Below, one piece after another: positions 60,536 through 64,000 of a stretch of DNA of 64,000 nt. Every line of letters starts with the position of its first letter. The first letter of the stretch is position 1. The notes beneath the pieces are model-generated. The model saw only the letters and a list, made by a program, of their open reading frames with translations, did no database searches and was not told the DNA's origin. Source of the DNA: Oculina patagonica (lineage: Eukaryota); assembly GCF_052425735.1 (NCBI RefSeq), contig NC_135762.1, forward strand, positions 10,478,001 through 10,542,000, written 5' to 3'. A program made the position numbers and the translations under genes.

Positions 60536-61097
60536 CCTTATTCTCACTTAATTTCGCGAGTACTAAATTTCGCGATTTTCGCGATTTTGAAAAAAACGCG
60601 AAATTTAATACTCGCGAAATATAAGACACGCGAAGTTTAAAATCGCGAAATTTAATATCGTGCTGATAATATAAAAAAATAATGAAACTCGATGTGTTTT
60701 ATCATAGTTATTCTAACATGTCTGAGCTTTATGTTTAGGAGTTTTTTGTTTGATTTTGTCCATTAGTTATCTCCCACTCGATCAGTGGCACTGTTCGAAC
60801 TGTTCTCTGTCGCCAAGTTCCTCAAAATCTCGCTCTTGCAGTCGTAGATGAACCTATTAGGGATTTAGACTGTTAAATACGTTATGTTTTGTTTGCTGTT
60901 TTTACGATGACTTTCATATTAATTATGTTGTTACAGTTTCGAGGTCAAAGCTTCATATTGAAGAATAGGTAAAAATCGCGAAATTTAATACACTCCAATT
61001 GTACCTTCCTCTCAAAATCGCGAAATTAAGTACTCGCGAAATATGGCTCTTGATTTTTCGCGAAATTAAGTACTCGCGAAATTTAGTGAGAATAAGG
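60536..61097. mobile_element. TA-targeting MITE with TTTCGCGA subterminal arrays
   Basis: TA-CCTTATTCTCACTTAATTTCGCGAGTACT ... AGTACTCGCGAAATTTAGTGAGAATAAGG-TA; empty site aagtacat at paralogous ~50585. Confidence 0.9.
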
Positions 61098-61945
61098 TAC
61101 ATACACGATTTTTTAAGCTTCTGCCACATGGTAGTTGTATCCTTGTAACCCTATTTCGGCCACTAGCCGATTTATTCCATTTTCCTTTCTTAAAAAATGC
61201 TCTTAAGCACCCTGTTTATATGTTATATTCTTAACATGATTCCATGAATGGCTAATAAATTATACAGCTTGTATTTCTTCTCCACTTTATTCGTGGATGG
61301 ATTGGAGAACAAAGTTTTAAGAAAAAACGTTTAAAAAACTGTTAATGAAAATTTATCGATATAGCTGTCAAAACTGTAAATGAGGTAATCTTGGTGTGGG
61401 TCTGGTGTAGACCTAATTTGATGCCCTCAGTGACAACCAATACCTTTCGATGTATATAAACCAAACAGTTTTCACGAAACACGATGACTTTCATTTTAGT
61501 CAATTTGTTCTTCACCTTTTAGCAAAGTTGATCAAAACCACACTGGCGCATGTAATACAACCAGATCGCATTCATTTCATAAATGGACCGTAAATATTGA
61601 CCATATTGTTATCGAAATAATAGCCTTTTCTCGCTGATCACCATCACAAAATCTTAGGCTTTGCTTTTTTGTATCTTTCGTTGTCTTGAAGTGTATAAAC
61701 AAAGTTAGTTTCTAAGCACAAAATCTCTATTACATAAACAAAAATGACACTCTTATCTCCACATTATGAAACTGATGTTGTCTCTCAACTCACCGCTTAC
61801 GCAGAAAGTCCCAGAAGTTCTCTGCAGTTTTAATTTGGACGTTCATCAACTACATTTAAATATAAACTTGGAATATTCTTAAAGTTTGTTTCATCTTTTC
61901 GCTATATATAGACAGTTTTCCTTTCTTTCTGATTTCCTACAATCG

Positions 61946-64000
61946 TTTTTTTTTTTTTTTTTTTTTTTTCCACATATTTATTGCCATTGTTTTGCAAACA
62001 GAAATTTTACAATTTTACAGACTTATATACAAGTTTTCGGTGCATATATACCAATGACACCGTTACAATACACCTATGTACTATCTTATCTATTTACCAT
62101 TATCTTACTCGTAAGAACTTATGATTTAGCTATTATTACTTATATATAAATGCCATCTAGTCTGAAATTTGCTCTGCATATTATTTTTTACTGCTATATA
62201 CTTCTCAGTTCTATATTTTACATTAACTAGTTCTTTAAATACATCAATATTTGGGATTTTTGAATGTTTCCGACTCAACCAGATATGCAATTTTGCTAGA
62301 ATTAAAAAATAATTCAACAAATCACTTTTTTCTATTTTCCCAATGAACACGTCTTTTAGCGTAAGTTCCTCCTGTTGGCCTGTTAATACAAACCAGAAAT
62401 TTTTAAAGTGTTCCCAAAAGAGATGTGTCAAAGAGCAGTGGTAGAATAAATGATAAACTGTTTCTGACTCATTTTTACAAAATGTACAAGTATCATTTGG
62501 AACATAACCGATTTTTGCTAACCGCGTATTAGTGAATGTAATATCATTTAACAGTTTAAATTGAAAACTTCTAACAAAGGTTTCCGATAAAATAGACTTT
62601 AAATTAAGAAAAGCCTTTGACACAGTTGTATCATCTAATCCAAAATCTTCTTTAAGTTTATTAAAACCCCTCGATACCGTTGCCCTTTTTGAGAGTAGCA
62701 GTTCATAGAATTGCTTACTTTTACAAGTTACTGGGTCAAGTAGCTTTTCATTAAAATGAAATGTTAGTGAATCTATTTCACTTTCATTTCCATCTAAGGC
62801 TTTTAAGTGGGTGGGAATTGCACATCGAATCCCTGACCACGTTAAAAAATTTGTGTGTCTCAACCCTTCATTTTTTGCCCTATTATATGATTCCACGTTA
62901 TCCTTATTAAATTGCATCTGATTGGTTAGAATGATTCCAGCTTTAACGTAATTGTCAAAATATATACTCTTACCATCTATTTTAATTAGCTTATTGTTCC
63001 AGATTATACGTTCAGATATAAGAGGCCTGGTAGAGGAATCATTTCTAAAGTCAGCCCACCATTGGAGAAACTCGCTATAGAAAGGGCATTGAAAGTTGTA
63101 ATCGTTAACATCATAATTACATCTCAATAGAAAAGTGCCACCGTAACTGTCAAGCATTTGATTAATATAAGCTTTCCATGGTGCAGAGCCCTCAGAAAAT
63201 ATTCTACCAAGCCAGGCTAATCTTAAAGATTTAATTGAAGTTTCTACATCTATCAGCCTTAGCCCTCCAAATTTAATGTCATTAATTGTTGCTGCTCGTG
63301 CTATTTTGTCAGGCCCATTCCATAGGAAGTTATATATAATAGTGTTAATCTGCTTGATGAAATCTTGTGGAGTTGGGAGAACTGAGAATACATATATCAT
63401 CTTCGAAAGCAAAAAGGATTTAATTATTGTAACTTTTCCAAGCAGTGAGAGACCTCTGCAACGCCACAACCGCGTGTGCAACTTAATATCTTTTAGCTTT
63501 TCATAAAAGTTTTTCTGCAATTGTTCAGTTTCGTTATATGTAAAAACTATTCCAAGTGCCTTCACTGTATTTACCCATTTAAGTCCCAAAGGTGCCGCTG
63601 TATTATTTCGACAAGAGCCAATCCACATAGCTTCAGTTTTGGTATAATTGACCTTTAAACCCGAACAAGTTTCAAATTGATCTAGCAAATGAAAGGTACG
63701 TTGTACACAATCAAGATTTGGCACAAACACAGTGAGGTCGTCAGCATATTGTACAAATTTAAATTCCTCTTGCCCTATTTTAAGTCCTTGAATTTCTGTT
63801 TTACTTCGAATCGCAGTAGCTAAAATTTCAGCTGCAATAATAAAGAGATATCGTGATAATGGGTCGCCCTGCCTGACTCCTCTCTGTACATCGAAGTAAG
63901 ATGTGCACATCCCATTATTTATCACACAGCTAGATATATTTTTATAAAATGTTTCTACCCATCCTTTAAAACTAGGTCCAAAACCAAACACGTCTAAGCA
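61946..64000 (-). mobile_element. L1/Tx1-clade non-LTR retrotransposon, 3' portion (continues beyond the window)
   Basis: 24-nt poly(A) at 61946-61969 preceded by AATAAA; short 3' UTR; open ORF2. Confidence 0.93.
62126..63991 (-). CDS. LINE ORF2 reverse transcriptase with C-terminal zinc knuckle (partial; 5' end outside the window)
   Basis: RGVRQGDPLS, QYADD, GLKVNYTKT, LSLLGKVTIIKS, GGL, CTFC-x4-ETVYHLFYHC. Confidence 0.95.
   Translation of the reverse strand: MFGFGPSFKGWVETFYKNISSCVINNGMCTSYFDVQRGVRQGDPLSRYLFIIAAEILATAIRSKTEIQGLKIGQEEFKFVQYADDLTVFVPNLDCVQRTFHLLDQFETCSGLKVNYTKTEAMWIGSCRNNTAAPLGLKWVNTVKALGIVFTYNETEQLQKNFYEKLKDIKLHTRLWRCRGLSLLGKVTIIKSFLLSKMIYVFSVLPTPQDFIKQINTIIYNFLWNGPDKIARAATINDIKFGGLRLIDVETSIKSLRLAWLGRIFSEGSAPWKAYINQMLDSYGGTFLLRCNYDVNDYNFQCPFYSEFLQWWADFRNDSSTRPLISERIIWNNKLIKIDGKSIYFDNYVKAGIILTNQMQFNKDNVESYNRAKNEGLRHTNFLTWSGIRCAIPTHLKALDGNESEIDSLTFHFNEKLLDPVTCKSKQFYELLLSKRATVSRGFNKLKEDFGLDDTTVSKAFLNLKSILSETFVRSFQFKLLNDITFTNTRLAKIGYVPNDTCTFCKNESETVYHLFYHCSLTHLFWEHFKNFWFVLTGQQEELTLKDVFIGKIEKSDLLNYFLILAKLHIWLSRKHSKIPNIDVFKELVNVKYRTEKYIAVKNNMQSKFQTRWHLYISNNS

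Overview
AT-rich eukaryotic (animal) genomic DNA. The repeat families and receptor types suggest a cnidarian, probably a stony coral (inference). The window is a tandem cluster of rhodopsin-family (class A) GPCR genes with single coding exons, undergoing birth and death. Group A has three + strand copies at about 2.3, 13.9 and 22.2 kb, of which one is intact. Group B has two intact - strand copies at 27.7 and 33.4 kb. Group C has six + strand copies plus a stub at 46-60 kb: three intact, two frameshifted and one truncated. A spliced gene for a secreted pentraxin lies between groups B and C (41.7-43.3 kb). Its upstream region and signal-peptide exon are copied into a near-perfect 1185-bp inverted repeat whose inner junction falls on a small DNA hairpin. 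Other highlights: a canonical minimal type I hammerhead ribozyme (2134-2178, - strand) next to the point where the first GPCR copy loses its 5' end; an interleaved A-B-C/A-D-C duplication containing arrays of 44-bp hairpin units (4.2-8.4 kb); many MITEs, SINEs and LINE fragments, including CAGGG-ended elements with 5-, 6- and 8-bp TSDs; and the 3' part of a young L1/Tx1-type LINE at the right edge. There is one N-gap and several error-looking homopolymer stretches, so single-base lesions need read validation. Coordinates were counted by eye.
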